Shown: piece by piece, positions 41,124-51,643 of the stretch | How positions within the stretch are numbered: the first letter of the stretch is position 1 | Layout of the letters: each line of letters starts with the position of its first letter | NCBI GenBank assembly: GCA_963833985.1 | Contig: CAWIAD010000002.1 | Span: forward strand, 6,208,001 to 6,272,000 | Direction: 5' to 3' | From: an uncultured Planctomycetaceae bacterium | GTDB lineage: Bacteria > Planctomycetota > Planctomycetia > Isosphaerales > Isosphaeraceae | Length of the DNA stretch: 64,000 bases | The notes under the pieces: model-generated | The model's database searches: none | Seen by the model: the letters and a program-made list of their open reading frames with translations, nothing else | Told to the model about the DNA's origin: nothing | Made by a program: the position numbers and the translations under genes

Positions 41124-41801
41124 TCAACGGGCTCGCGCGAGTTCGCGCCGGACCCACCGCCGGAGCGGTCTCGACCAGGATGTCAGGTCACTGGAATCTT
41201 CCTCCAGGATCCAGCGGCGAACCTGGTCCGTATTGACAGAAAGGAACTTGCTCGCGGCCGAGGCCGTGTATCGTCCCCGGGATGTAAGTCGATCGATCCG
41301 CAGTTTCTGGCCATCGAACCGCCAGACCTCGGCGACCTTGAGCGCCGCATAGATTCCGGGGCGATCGATATGTGAAGGTGAGAGATCGACCTCGATGGCC
41401 AGGTCCGGGTCAGGGTAATAGGCCGAGTCGTTCGTTTTTCTTGCCCTGGCCGCCTTCGCTGCCGCGAGCTTATCGGGTCGGAAGTAAAAACACTGGTCAG
41501 CCTCGATGCCCCGATTCACCCCCATGCGCTTCCATGTCGTCTCACCCATGGGCTTGCACGCGATTGCCAGTTCCTCCGCAACCAGTCCCACGAACCTGCC
41601 GAGCAGTTCCTTGAAATCCTCGTGCTCCGGGCCGGTCGTCATGAGCTCGACGTCCCTTCCATCAAAGGCAACGTGCACGCCCGCCCCCTCGGGGATCGAA
41701 TCGACGAGGTACTCGTAGAAGTTCCAGTTCACGCCGGGAATGAGGATCCGCATTTCTCCGGGGACCCTCTGCGCGTCATGTGGAATTGTCGCGACGCTCA
41801 T
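41124..41801 (-). CDS. Uma2-family endonuclease-like protein (paralog of 16721-17377)
   Basis: GETTWKR, RGIEADQCFYF, PDLAIEVDLSPSHIDRPGIYAALKVAEVWRFDG. Confidence 0.88.
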   Translation of the reverse strand: MSVATIPHDAQRVPGEMRILIPGVNWNFYEYLVDSIPEGAGVHVAFDGRDVELMTTGPEHEDFKELLGRFVGLVAEELAIACKPMGETTWKRMGVNRGIEADQCFYFRPDKLAAAKAARARKTNDSAYYPDPDLAIEVDLSPSHIDRPGIYAALKVAEVWRFDGQKLRIDRLTSRGRYTASAASKFLSVNTDQVRRWILEEDSSDLTSWSRPLRRWVRRELARAR

Positions 41802-41889
41802 GTTCGTGCCCCGGTGCCGCGTGCCGTGATCCTCTCGCATGTCGAGTCTCATGAAATCGGCCAGTCGATGCAAGCGCTGGGATGAGAAC

Positions 41890-41985
41890 GAAACGGGGAG
41901 AACCAAACAGGCCGGGTGGCCCCGGGAGAGCAATCCCCCGGGTCCACCCGGCCTGTTTCGGCTCCGTCCCGGCTCCCCCCGTTTC
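41890..41985. other. Long intergenic stem-loop
   Basis: AAACAGGCCGGGTGGCCCCGGGAGA-GCAA-TCCCCCGGGTCCACCCGGCCTGTTT plus an outer GAAACGGGGAG / CTCCCCCCGTTTC stem. Confidence 0.75.
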
Positions 41986-42047
41986 GGCTCCTGCATGTGC
42001 CACCCGAAGCGAAGCGGATGTGCATCGCGCATCAGGCGGCTTGGCCG

Positions 42048-42938
42048 TTAATAGTTGTGCAGGTAGAAGCGCGCACTCTCCCACGTGATCGACCGGCTGT
42101 GTTCAAGATGATCGCGCACGCGCCGGGCCTCGAGCGGAACCCAGATGTCGGTGCGCGTTTCCGCTTCCTCAAGAAGAACCAGCGCGAAGTCCCGCTCGCC
42201 GAACTGGTACAACAATTCGGCAGCGTGGACGCAGCCAGGTTTGATCGACGCGTCGCCCCCGTGCTCATCTCTGAGCGAAACCTCGGCTATCCTCTTGAGT
42301 GCGGGGATGGCGGCCTTCGCCTCGTCACCCGAAAGAAAGTGAAGTCCGGACATGGCCAGGTACCGTTTCCAGTGGTCGTGCGATCCGAGTGCGTCGAGCA
42401 AGGTTGGTAATGCGGCCTCTCCTTCCCCTTGTTGAGCCAGCGCATGGGCGGCCCGGAGACGATTGTCGCTGCTGCGATCTGCCAGCATTCGGGTGAGGGC
42501 GGAAACGAGATCGTCGCGATCCGGGTCATTCCGCATGGTGCGAATCTCTCCGAGGGCCGAGGCCGCGGAGGCGCGGACCAGGTCATCGGGATCGATCGTC
42601 GCCCGGATCAGGGCTGGGACTGCTTTCAGGCTGGCGGGACCGAATTCGGGCAAGGACGCGGCCGCGCTTCGCCGAACGCGCATGCTCGGATCTCTCAGTG
42701 CATCGATCAGAAAGTCAACAGCCTCAGCGGCGTTGACCCCTTTCGCCTGGCCGGAGCGCGCCCGGGTAATGGCTTCCCAGCGGCGTGGACCGTCATCGTC
42801 GTCATGAATCGCGTTCAGCCAGCTTTCGACCGGGTCCAGATGCGTCTTTTTCCAGACTGCCAGCAGCACGGCCGAGAGTGCGACGAGCGCAATCAAGGTC
42901 CGGACCCGGAACGTCACCCTTGGCCTGATCGCCGCCAT
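42048..42938 (-). CDS. HEAT-repeat protein with N-terminal membrane anchor
   Basis: LIDALRDPSMRVRRSAAASL, AVPALI...DPDDLVRASAASALGEI; AGGAG RBS. Confidence 0.85.
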   Translation of the reverse strand: MAAIRPRVTFRVRTLIALVALSAVLLAVWKKTHLDPVESWLNAIHDDDDGPRRWEAITRARSGQAKGVNAAEAVDFLIDALRDPSMRVRRSAAASLPEFGPASLKAVPALIRATIDPDDLVRASAASALGEIRTMRNDPDRDDLVSALTRMLADRSSDNRLRAAHALAQQGEGEAALPTLLDALGSHDHWKRYLAMSGLHFLSGDEAKAAIPALKRIAEVSLRDEHGGDASIKPGCVHAAELLYQFGERDFALVLLEEAETRTDIWVPLEARRVRDHLEHSRSITWESARFYLHNY

Positions 42939-43019
42939 CTTCAAGCTCCTTCTCTGCCCTCTCTGACCGGACTGCGCTCCACAAATCTGCTCATTTTCTT
43001 AGTCCGTAAAAAGCACTCT

Positions 43020-43886
43020 TCAGAAGTTATCGCCCTGAGGTTGACGGGGCGCGAGACTCGATCGGATCCGCCGGGCCTCGTTACGTAGCTGGACGTCGGT
43101 CGACCTGTCGGCTTCGTCGAGGATCGCCAGGGCAGCTTCGTCCTCGCCGAACCGGTAGAGCAGTTCCGCGGCATACACCCGCCCAAGCTTCAGCGGCAGA
43201 TCACTTCCGCCCTCTGTCATGGCGGAGTCGGCAGCCATCTGCTTGATCGCGGGGACGGCGGACCTGGCCTCGGCACCCGACAGAAAACGCAGGCCCGAGA
43301 GTGCGAGGTAACGTCTCCAGCCGTGCCGTGGGCCGAGCGCCGTGATCAGTATCGGTAGTGCGGTCGCACCCTCACCCTGTTGTGCCAGCGAATGGGCCGC
43401 TCTCAGGCGATTGTCCCCTTGTGAGTCGTCCAGCAAACGGCTGAGCGCGGCGATCAACTCTGTGCGGGAGGGGTCATCACCGGGGAGAGCGATCTCGCCC
43501 AGAGCATAGGCGGCATGGCCGCGAACCACATAGTCCGGATCGTCGAGCGCTTGGATCAAGGCCGGTACCGCCGTGCGGCTCGCGGCTCCAAATCGGGGCA
43601 AGGCCGCAGCCGCGGTCTGGCGCACGCGAATGCTCGGGTCGCTCAGTGCTTCGCTGAGCAGCGCGACGGCCGTGGCGGTGTCGGGACCTGTCGCGCCGCC
43701 GCGTAGCGCCAGGTTGATCGCATCCCAGCGCCGGGGACCGTTATCGTCGTCGTGGATGGCGCTCTGCCAGCGCCGGACTGGGGCAAGAGACGTCTCCTTA
43801 CAGATCGCGAGCACAAGGGCCGCGACGGCGACGAAAGCGACCAGTGTCCGGATGCGGAACGTGATTCCCGGCCGCCGTGCGGTCAT
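43020..43886 (-). CDS. HEAT-repeat protein, tandem paralog of 42048-42938
   Basis: Shared blocks AIHDDD.GPRRW, DNRLRAAH.LAQQGEG, RYLA.SGL.FLSG, AAELLY.FGE; start 43886 or 43892. Confidence 0.85.
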   Translation of the reverse strand: MTARRPGITFRIRTLVAFVAVAALVLAICKETSLAPVRRWQSAIHDDDNGPRRWDAINLALRGGATGPDTATAVALLSEALSDPSIRVRQTAAAALPRFGAASRTAVPALIQALDDPDYVVRGHAAYALGEIALPGDDPSRTELIAALSRLLDDSQGDNRLRAAHSLAQQGEGATALPILITALGPRHGWRRYLALSGLRFLSGAEARSAVPAIKQMAADSAMTEGGSDLPLKLGRVYAAELLYRFGEDEAALAILDEADRSTDVQLRNEARRIRSSLAPRQPQGDNF

Positions 43887-44030
43887 GGCCATGTCTCCCG
43901 GCTGCGGGTTTGACGCAACAAAAAAATCCAAGATGACAAGGTCATAGCATCCTGATTGCTGAACTGAAAGCAACGGCTTGGCTGCATGGCGACTCGCCCT
44001 GGGCGTATGAGCCAGGCAATGGATGAGGCA

Positions 44031-44849
44031 TTACGGGTTTTGCGCAAGGTAATCTCTCACCGTGCTATCACTGAAGGATTCGCGGACTTCATAGGACTGG
44101 CCCGATTTCGGGTCGATCAACTTGACATTCCACAAGAATGGTGACTCTGGGGATGACTGGGTCGCCACGACCTGATGTCCCTTCAAGGAAACGCCTGGCT
44201 GACTCCTCTTGATGGACTGCTCCGCTTCCCAGATTGCGGTCGCTTCGATCGCTGATCTCCGCCGTCCGGCAAAGGTGGGGAAGCTGGCTCTCAGTCCGTC
44301 CCTCGCTTTCTGTTCGACGTAGGCGGCTGTTGCGACTCCGCGTAAGCTGAAAGGCATTTCCGCGAACCACGCACGTGACGACAACCACTTGTCAGCCGCC
44401 TGCGCCATCTTTTCCAGTGGGGCCAGGTCCCCCGCAGTCTGACTTCGACCTGAAATCAGGCTGGTGGCTGTTTTGCGGTATGACCGTGCGTATTCTGACG
44501 CCTGCCTCGCCGCGTTCCTGTGAGCCGCAGCCGCTTTCGCCCACAGGGCGGATCGCGCGGTTTGAATGCTTCGCCCGTCCGGGACGTTCGATCTGGCCCC
44601 CGCTTTCACTTCACTTTCAGCCCGTTCCAGGCAACGCGCGGCAGCCTCATTCTCTTCTCTCTCTCGACTCTGTTGAGCCGTGGCGGCTCGGCCAAGCAAC
44701 TCGATCTGAAGATTCACGAGCTGATCCGAGCGACGATAACGGCGAAGCTTTGCCGGCCGGTCCACCATCGTGATATACAGACCCAGGACTGCTGCCGTAA
44801 GAGCCACGGCGATCAGCCACTTGCGAGTTGACATTCTGCGTCTGGGCAT
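44031..44849 (-). CDS. Hypothetical membrane-anchored protein
   Basis: MPRRRMSTRKWLIAVALTAAVLG N-terminal TM; long open frame. Confidence 0.65.
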   Translation of the reverse strand: MPRRRMSTRKWLIAVALTAAVLGLYITMVDRPAKLRRYRRSDQLVNLQIELLGRAATAQQSREREENEAAARCLERAESEVKAGARSNVPDGRSIQTARSALWAKAAAAHRNAARQASEYARSYRKTATSLISGRSQTAGDLAPLEKMAQAADKWLSSRAWFAEMPFSLRGVATAAYVEQKARDGLRASFPTFAGRRRSAIEATAIWEAEQSIKRSQPGVSLKGHQVVATQSSPESPFLWNVKLIDPKSGQSYEVRESFSDSTVRDYLAQNP

Positions 44850-44966
44850 GGCCAAACCCCTATCGCCTCGACCCTCTGGCTTTTGTTTTGCCTCGAAAAA
44901 GATAATCATACGCTTGCGTCGTGAGGTACCAATCCCTCGTGCGTCTTCGGAGCCTCGCGGAATACT

Positions 44967-47435
44967 TCAGCCCCTCGCGGCTTCCAGCACCAGCACCGCG
45001 TCTTCCCAGCCTTCCGGCGTCGCGAATGTCTGCACGCCGGTCTTCGAGAGCTTTTCGATCGGCTCCTGGTTGCCGGTTCGCGGATCGATCCAGCGCCCGC
45101 GGACCTGCCCGCTGGAACTGGCTGCGAGCTTATCCAGCTTGATGGCGACCTCGGTCTTGCCGCCCAGGTAAACCAGGATCCAGCGCCCTTCCTTGTGGCG
45201 CGCGGCCAGGTTCAAGATCTGTCCGCTCGTGTTCCCACCACGGGTAAAGACATCCTGGTCGGGGACCAGGTTCCACCATTCCGGCAGGTCTTCAAACGTC
45301 TTCTTCAAGATACCAAGCTGCGTGGCGCCCGGCGCGTTGAGGGCCTGCTTCCAGGTCGGCAGCACGCGCCAGCTATCGTTGTGGCCGTAGGTGTGGTGGG
45401 CACCGGCGAGGTAGGAATAGTAAGCTTGCCGGCGCACCCAGAGCGGCGTGACGTCGAAGCCGTATTCCGAACCCTGCTCGTAGGCGCCCTCGGCCATGAG
45501 CACGGGCTTGGCCGGCCTGAGATGGTAATCCCTGGTCACGAACGGATAGATCAATTCCACTTGCTTCCAGACCTGCATCGAGTCGAAGTCAAGCCAGGGC
45601 TCATCATGAATGAAGCTCGAGGAGTAGGGAGCAGGGTCGGGCTTGAAGGTGATGAGGTGGGCGCCGCCATCGCCCTCGTGCAGGCCGGCCGCCAGCTCGC
45701 GCAGCACCGGCACGAACTCGGGCTTCGCCTCGGGGGTCATCGACCAGACGATGTTCGGCATGTCCTTGTAGCGGCTGGCCAGCCATTTCGCCCAGGCGCG
45801 GGCGTTGGACAGGGTGATGAACTTGCGATAGCGCTGGTGGTAGAGCGTCATGGAGATGTTGAAGTCCTGCTCGCGGGCGATCCGCAGGACGGCGTCGACG
45901 TTCCGGAAATAGTCCTCGTTGGGCGTGAGCGGGTTGTTGTCGTTCCAGGGTTTGGCACCGTGGATGTTCGGCTTGGTGCCGTCGCCCACGCCCATTACCA
46001 TCACCTGGGCGAAGACGAAGCCGTGCTGCTTGCTTTTCTCGATGATCGTGCGCGCGTCCTCCAGCGAGTACTCGCGGAAAAGCTGCCACTGGGTGGTGCC
46101 CATCCAGAAGACGGGGCGGCCCTTCTGGTCGACGAAGTAGCGGCCGTCGGCGCTGACCTTCGCGGGGTAGACCGGCTCCTCGGCCGGACTGGCGAGGGCC
46201 TCGTCGACGGCGGTGCGGAAGATTCGCATGGCGCCGCCGTGGTTCGTCGGCAGCACCTGGGTCATGAGCACCGCGACCAGTTCGTGGCCGGGGTCGATCC
46301 AGAAATCGGTCGAGAAGAACCCTGCCCAGAAGTAGCGGCCGAGCGTGGGCCTGACGTCGTTCGCCTGCCTGTGCAGCTCCAGCCCGAAACCGAGGCCATA
46401 CTTCATCCCCATGGCCGAGTGGCTGCCAATCTGGTTGGTGGTCATCAGCGCGATCGTTTCGGGCTTGAGGATCCGCACGCCCTCCAGTGCACCGCCGTTT
46501 TGCAGCATGAGGGCAAACCGCGTGTAATCACGCGCCGTCGAGAACAGCCCGCCGCCGCCGGAGAAAAACGTCGCCGAGCCGTAGCGGCGAGGCAAGGGAG
46601 AGAGATGGCCTTCCGCACCGGCGCGGTAGGTCGTCGCCACCCGCGCCTGCTTGCCCTCGGGCACGTGAAAGAACGTGTCGCGCATGTCGAGTGGAGTGAA
46701 GATGTGTTCCTTGAGATAAGCGTCAAAGCTCTGGCCGGAGACGACCTCGATGAGCCGGCCGAGCACGTCGTGGCTGAGCCCATAGGTCCACCCTTCTCCG
46801 GGCTGGTGCGCCAGCGGGGCCCTTGCCAGGCGGGTTACCTGTTCGGCGATGGTCTTGAGCCCGGGAGCCTGAACTCTCGCCAGGGCATAACCCTTCCCCA
46901 GTCGGTCGTTGCTGGACATGAAGCTGCCGTACGAGAAGCCCGAGGTGTGCGACAGCAGGTCGCGCACGGTGACGCCGCGCCGGGCGGCAACCGTGGCAAT
47001 CTCGGTGTCGGTGTCATTCTTTGGATCGCCCAGCACCCGCAGGTCCTTGAGCTCGGGGATGTACCGCGCGATCGGGTCATCGAGGCCGACCTTGCCCTGC
47101 TCCACCAGCCGCATCACGCCGACGCAGGTGATGGGCTTGGACATCGAGGCGATGGCGAAGATCGTGTCCTCGGTCATCAGCTCTTTGGTTTCCAGGTTGC
47201 GGTAGCCGAACGCGGTCGAGAACGCCACCCTGCCCCGGTGCGCAATCACCGCGACGCCGCCGGGGATCTTGCCGTCGTCGACCAGCTTCTGGAACGCCGG
47301 CCTGAGCCGGTCAAGCCGGGCAGTTGAAAGCCCCACCGGGGCCGGGTCCGCCCCTGCGCCCGGTAGCTTGCCGGCCTGGCTTGCCTGGGAGAACAAGAGA
47401 ACCAGCCCTGCGATCAGGCCCGTGCGACGATTCAT
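44967..47435 (-). CDS. Secreted fusion: beta-lactamase-like serine hydrolase + DUF4038 (apiosidase/GH140-like) + C-terminal beta domain
   Basis: IASMSKP (SxxK), LLSHTSG, WTYG, GGGLFST; then SADGRYFVDQKGRPVFWMGTTQW, KPVLMAEGAYE, RRQAYYS, TYGH, WIDPRTG, DAVLVL. Confidence 0.82.
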   Translation of the reverse strand: MNRRTGLIAGLVLLFSQASQAGKLPGAGADPAPVGLSTARLDRLRPAFQKLVDDGKIPGGVAVIAHRGRVAFSTAFGYRNLETKELMTEDTIFAIASMSKPITCVGVMRLVEQGKVGLDDPIARYIPELKDLRVLGDPKNDTDTEIATVAARRGVTVRDLLSHTSGFSYGSFMSSNDRLGKGYALARVQAPGLKTIAEQVTRLARAPLAHQPGEGWTYGLSHDVLGRLIEVVSGQSFDAYLKEHIFTPLDMRDTFFHVPEGKQARVATTYRAGAEGHLSPLPRRYGSATFFSGGGGLFSTARDYTRFALMLQNGGALEGVRILKPETIALMTTNQIGSHSAMGMKYGLGFGLELHRQANDVRPTLGRYFWAGFFSTDFWIDPGHELVAVLMTQVLPTNHGGAMRIFRTAVDEALASPAEEPVYPAKVSADGRYFVDQKGRPVFWMGTTQWQLFREYSLEDARTIIEKSKQHGFVFAQVMVMGVGDGTKPNIHGAKPWNDNNPLTPNEDYFRNVDAVLRIAREQDFNISMTLYHQRYRKFITLSNARAWAKWLASRYKDMPNIVWSMTPEAKPEFVPVLRELAAGLHEGDGGAHLITFKPDPAPYSSSFIHDEPWLDFDSMQVWKQVELIYPFVTRDYHLRPAKPVLMAEGAYEQGSEYGFDVTPLWVRRQAYYSYLAGAHHTYGHNDSWRVLPTWKQALNAPGATQLGILKKTFEDLPEWWNLVPDQDVFTRGGNTSGQILNLAARHKEGRWILVYLGGKTEVAIKLDKLAASSSGQVRGRWIDPRTGNQEPIEKLSKTGVQTFATPEGWEDAVLVLEAARG

Positions 47436-47669
47436 CAGGTTTCTCCCACGCTCTGAACCCCGGGTGCGGTGCGACATCGGCAGCGAGCTTCATTCGACAG
47501 CGCACCACGGGCTCAGTCAAGCAGCGAAGGCAGCCGGAGAACGAACGCCCAGAGCACCCGTTCAGCTCAACGGCCATGACACCGGGCACGGCCCACGCGA
47601 CTCGGCGGCAGGCGGCGGTTATCCTGGGGACCATTCCGCACGGCCTGGTCCGCAACAGGGAGATGTGCC

Positions 47670-49103
47670 ATGGGAACAATCCTGACCCAGATCGATCACC
47701 TCATCGTGGTGATGCTCGAGAACCGCTCGCTGGACAACCTCTGCGGCTGGCTCTACGCGGACCAGACGCCGGCGCATGTGCTGCCGCAGGGGAGTGCTGC
47801 CGCCTTCGACGGCGTGAACCCGAATCTCTGGAATCCGTCAAACGCCTCCTACTTTCAGGGCCAGCCGCCCGAGAAGGTCTTCGTGACCCGGGGCGCGTCG
47901 AGTACGACCGTGCCCGATCCCGACCCGGAGGAGGCGTTCGATCACATCACCTTCCAGCTTTACGGCCCGCAGGGCGCGGTTCCCGACCCGCACTGGCCCA
48001 TGCAGGGGTTCGTGATCGATTATGCGTCCACCGGCGCGGCGAACCCCGCGCAGATCATGGAGTGCTACACGCCGGACCAGGTTCCCGTGACGAGCGCGCT
48101 GGCACGCAATTTCGCCATCTCGGACCGCTGGTTCAGCGCCACGCCCAACCAGACCTGGCCCAATCGCTGTTTCGTGCACGCCGGCACGTCCAACGGCAAC
48201 GTGGACAACGGCGCGATTCCCGATCCGTTCCAGTGGAACGTGCCCTCGATCTTCAACGTGCTCGAGGCCATGGGCGTGAGCTGGACCGTTTACTGCGATA
48301 CGGTCGTCACTCCGTCACTCACCCGCGCCATGTTTCCAAAGCTCTGGGACCCGTTTCTCGACGGCCATTTCCTGAGCTTCCCAGCCTTCGAGTACGCCTG
48401 TGCGAAAGGATCACTGCCGAGCTACAGCTTCATCGAGCCGAGTTTCATGGTCGACCCGAACGACGCTCATCCGCCCCACGACGTCACCGCGGCCGAGCAG
48501 TTCCTGCACGCCATCTGGCAGGCCGTGAGCCAGTCGCCGAAATGGAACAAGATCCTCCTGGTGATCACCTTCGACGAGCACGGCGGCTGCTATGACCACG
48601 TCTTGCCTCCGACGAATGCCGCCACGCCGGATGTGGCCAGCAACCCCGGCGCGGAGGGTTTCCACTTCGACCGTTTCGGTGTCCGCGTGCCTGCGATCGT
48701 CGTGTCCCCCTACATCGAGCCCGGGACGGTGTTTCGCGCAACCGTTTCGGACGCCGGCACGCCCTACGATCACACGTCGATCCTGGCGACGCTGCGCGAC
48801 TGGCTGGCGATCCCCGATACAATCATGCTTCCGAGTGCCCGCATTGCCCGCGCACCCACCCTGGCGTCGGTGCTCACGCGCTCGGCTCCGCGGTCGGATT
48901 TGCCCACGATTTCCGCTCCCGCCATGCTTGCCCCGCGCGTTCAGCTCGCCGTGCCAACGCCGATCAACGGACTGCAAAAGAGCCTGCTCACCGCCTCGGC
49001 CATTCGCTTCGGGATGAATCCCACAGCGGTCATGCAATCGATCCCGACGGTTGGCGACGCCGTGAAGTTTTTCCAGCAACGAGCGTCGATGGCGGCATCG
49101 TAG
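47670..49103 (+). CDS. Phosphoesterase / phospholipase C family protein
   Basis: IDHLIVVMLENRSLDN, TWPNR, FDEHGGCYDHVLPP, FGVRVP, YDHTSIL. Confidence 0.9.
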   Translation: MGTILTQIDHLIVVMLENRSLDNLCGWLYADQTPAHVLPQGSAAAFDGVNPNLWNPSNASYFQGQPPEKVFVTRGASSTTVPDPDPEEAFDHITFQLYGPQGAVPDPHWPMQGFVIDYASTGAANPAQIMECYTPDQVPVTSALARNFAISDRWFSATPNQTWPNRCFVHAGTSNGNVDNGAIPDPFQWNVPSIFNVLEAMGVSWTVYCDTVVTPSLTRAMFPKLWDPFLDGHFLSFPAFEYACAKGSLPSYSFIEPSFMVDPNDAHPPHDVTAAEQFLHAIWQAVSQSPKWNKILLVITFDEHGGCYDHVLPPTNAATPDVASNPGAEGFHFDRFGVRVPAIVVSPYIEPGTVFRATVSDAGTPYDHTSILATLRDWLAIPDTIMLPSARIARAPTLASVLTRSAPRSDLPTISAPAMLAPRVQLAVPTPINGLQKSLLTASAIRFGMNPTAVMQSIPTVGDAVKFFQQRASMAAS

Positions 49104-49171
49104 ACGCGCACTCACTTGTGCCATACGGGGAACCGCCGCGGCGCAGCGCGGACCGAGTGGGAGCGGTCCGA

Positions 49172-51622
49172 CTACGGGCTCACGACGGAGATGGCCCGGT
49201 CGAGCACCTCGTCGCGGCCCTCGGCGACACCGCGGATGGTGCGCGCGGCCGGGACAGTGGGAAGGATGCCGACGCCGTGGTGCCGGGCTCCGTCATGTTT
49301 GAGCACCTTCATGCCGGTCCACGTCACCCGAATGCCGCCGGGCAGGGAGAACGGGTTCACGTTGCCGTTGGTCCCGGCGGTCGGGCCGCCCACAATTGCC
49401 CCGAGCTTGTCGTTTTCGATGATGCCCAGGTACGTCTCTGCGTAGCTGATGGCCCGTCCGTCGGTCAGGAACGCGATCTTCCCGTGAAAACGGGGTGCTT
49501 TGGGCTGCACGAACCAGTTCGAGAAGAGGAATCCCATGTCACGACGGTCGGGTATGTAGGTCACGGGAATCAGCCACTGCGCGCAGGTCACCGGCTTGTC
49601 GATCAGGTGTCCGATCGACTCCGGCCCGACCGCTGCGGGGTAGCCGCGGACGTCGAAGATGATGCCCCGGGCCTCCGCCAATCGCGCCACGGCCGCGTCG
49701 AATTCTTTCTGGGAAATGCGGCTCAGGTCAACGTACATCAGTCCCGGCTTGATCGTTGCGATGCTGGCCGGCCGGGGCTCCCGCAGCGCCAGAAAGGCGG
49801 GTCTGTCGAGTGCTCGCCGCAGCGAAACCGTCAGCGTCTGGAAATCCGGGCCGGCGGGTCGCGATTCCGGGCTGGCCGGGGCGCCGGAATTGGTCGTCAC
49901 ACGGCGGATCTTCAGGGTGATCTCACTGCCGCTTGTTCCCGCGGCAGCCGCGCTGAGAGCGCGCTCGCGCCGCCATTGCGGTGTGGCGCCCGAGATCGTG
50001 GTTTCCTTCTCGGCCAGTACCTCCGCCGTCGGTTTGCCATCGATCTGGACCACGACGTCACCGGGCTTGAGCCCGCCGGCTCCGTGTGCAGCGACTCCGG
50101 TCACGACGAGCTGGTTTTCGATCCAGTCCCACCCGATGGGGGGGAACGATTGCAGGACGAACGCGGCAGGCACGTGAACACCGCCGTGACCGTCGTGCAG
50201 CGCGGCGACCAGGCGACCGAGGGTCTTCACAAAGGCACGCTCGTCGGCATCCTCGGCTGCCCGGCTGAGCGCCAGGCGCAGTTCCCTGGGCCAGTCTGCT
50301 TCAACCACGTCAAAGTAGGGATAGAAGTGCTGGAAGACGTTCCACGCAAGAACGACATCGGCCAGACGGGTGGCGCGGTCGTTGCCGCTGGGTTCAAAGC
50401 CGCTGGGACGTGCCGCGACGGGAGGAGCGGCCTGCTGATCTCCGGGCTGGTTTCCCGCATCGGCCCGGGGTAGCGTGCCCTTCGAGTCTCCTTCGAGCGC
50501 AATCGGGACCAGGCAGGACACTCCTCCGCCCAGGTTCGCCGCGTACGGCTTGCGAGGATCGGGAAGCCGGAGATCGGGCAAGCCCGGCCCCAGCAGCCAC
50601 CTGGGCAAGCGCACGTTGACGCGCTGACTTGAATACACGGGAGACTGGCCGAGTCCGACGCCGACATGCAGCCAGGCCACGGTTCGTGTCGCCTTGGGAT
50701 TCCCGGTTGCGTACTTTTTCTCCTCCCCTGCCGCCAGTCCGGCGGCGCCCGGCCCGGCTTCGGCGGGCGGGCTGCCGGTAGGGAATATGCGCACGGAAGG
50801 GGCGATCGGGCGGAACAGGCGTTGCAGAATGCGAGCCAGCTCATCGGGGGACCTCGCCGGCTCGACCGCGCGCACTCCGTCGCTGGCGAACCGGTTCCAG
50901 TCCGTGGCAGCGGCCTCATCGCTGGGATGGAAATAGCGGACGTAACCGAGGAGCCTGGCAAAGGCCACGAGGTTCTCCAGCCCGCGACCCTCCAGCGCCC
51001 GGGCGGGCTCATTCCCTTCGCCAATTCTGCCGATGACATCGAAGCGAACGTCGTCGAGCCAGGCCCGCCCACGACCGATGAGCATCAGCCCCAGGACAAT
51101 CTGCTCGGCGTCCTCGGCCACCTCGCCAACAATCGAGTCATCGCGCCACTGCGCATGGACGATCGGCCGGTCCTGCATGTTGTCGAAGAAGCCAACGTTA
51201 CCCCCCTTGCGGTCAACCCGCATCCAGAGTTGACCCTGGTTGCCGGCTCCGGACACCTCCACACGGACCGCGGCCCGGAACCGGACGCGCCGGCCACGGA
51301 AAGGCGTCGCGTCGAGAGTTTGCATGAGATTTCCGAACCCGGAAGTTGGCGCTTTCACGTTCTCGCCGCTCAGCAGCCCGCAGCGCCGGCCCTGGTGCGG
51401 GCGGTCCTCGGTGAGACTTGCGGCATAGCCGGCGTTCTGTGAGGGAGCCGGCAAAAACCAACCGTCCGGAACATTGCCCAGCTTCCCACTCTCGAAACCG
51501 GGGTTGGCAATTCCCGGGCCCGGATCAGCCCCCGCACTCGTTCCGACAAGCAACAACCAGAGCCCGCCGGCTGCCATCAGGACTCGACGCACGCTCCAGA
51601 CGGAGTAGGACAAAGCTGTCAT
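49172..51622 (-). CDS. Secreted S41-family peptidase with N-terminal jelly-roll-like domain and PDZ
   Basis: GYVRYFHPS, FQHFYPYF, LHDGHG, IIFDVRGYP, AISYAET, GGPTAGTNG, GVGILP. Confidence 0.87.
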   Translation of the reverse strand: MTALSYSVWSVRRVLMAAGGLWLLLVGTSAGADPGPGIANPGFESGKLGNVPDGWFLPAPSQNAGYAASLTEDRPHQGRRCGLLSGENVKAPTSGFGNLMQTLDATPFRGRRVRFRAAVRVEVSGAGNQGQLWMRVDRKGGNVGFFDNMQDRPIVHAQWRDDSIVGEVAEDAEQIVLGLMLIGRGRAWLDDVRFDVIGRIGEGNEPARALEGRGLENLVAFARLLGYVRYFHPSDEAAATDWNRFASDGVRAVEPARSPDELARILQRLFRPIAPSVRIFPTGSPPAEAGPGAAGLAAGEEKKYATGNPKATRTVAWLHVGVGLGQSPVYSSQRVNVRLPRWLLGPGLPDLRLPDPRKPYAANLGGGVSCLVPIALEGDSKGTLPRADAGNQPGDQQAAPPVAARPSGFEPSGNDRATRLADVVLAWNVFQHFYPYFDVVEADWPRELRLALSRAAEDADERAFVKTLGRLVAALHDGHGGVHVPAAFVLQSFPPIGWDWIENQLVVTGVAAHGAGGLKPGDVVVQIDGKPTAEVLAEKETTISGATPQWRRERALSAAAAGTSGSEITLKIRRVTTNSGAPASPESRPAGPDFQTLTVSLRRALDRPAFLALREPRPASIATIKPGLMYVDLSRISQKEFDAAVARLAEARGIIFDVRGYPAAVGPESIGHLIDKPVTCAQWLIPVTYIPDRRDMGFLFSNWFVQPKAPRFHGKIAFLTDGRAISYAETYLGIIENDKLGAIVGGPTAGTNGNVNPFSLPGGIRVTWTGMKVLKHDGARHHGVGILPTVPAARTIRGVAEGRDEVLDRAISVVSP

Positions 51623-51643
51623 TTCGTTACCTCATCACCCGTG

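Noticed and set aside
46190..47435. Antibiotic-resistance beta-lactamase
   Set aside because: SxxK fold only; the LLSHTSG/GGGL pattern is typical of general serine hydrolases/esterases, and the domain is fused to a glycosidase.
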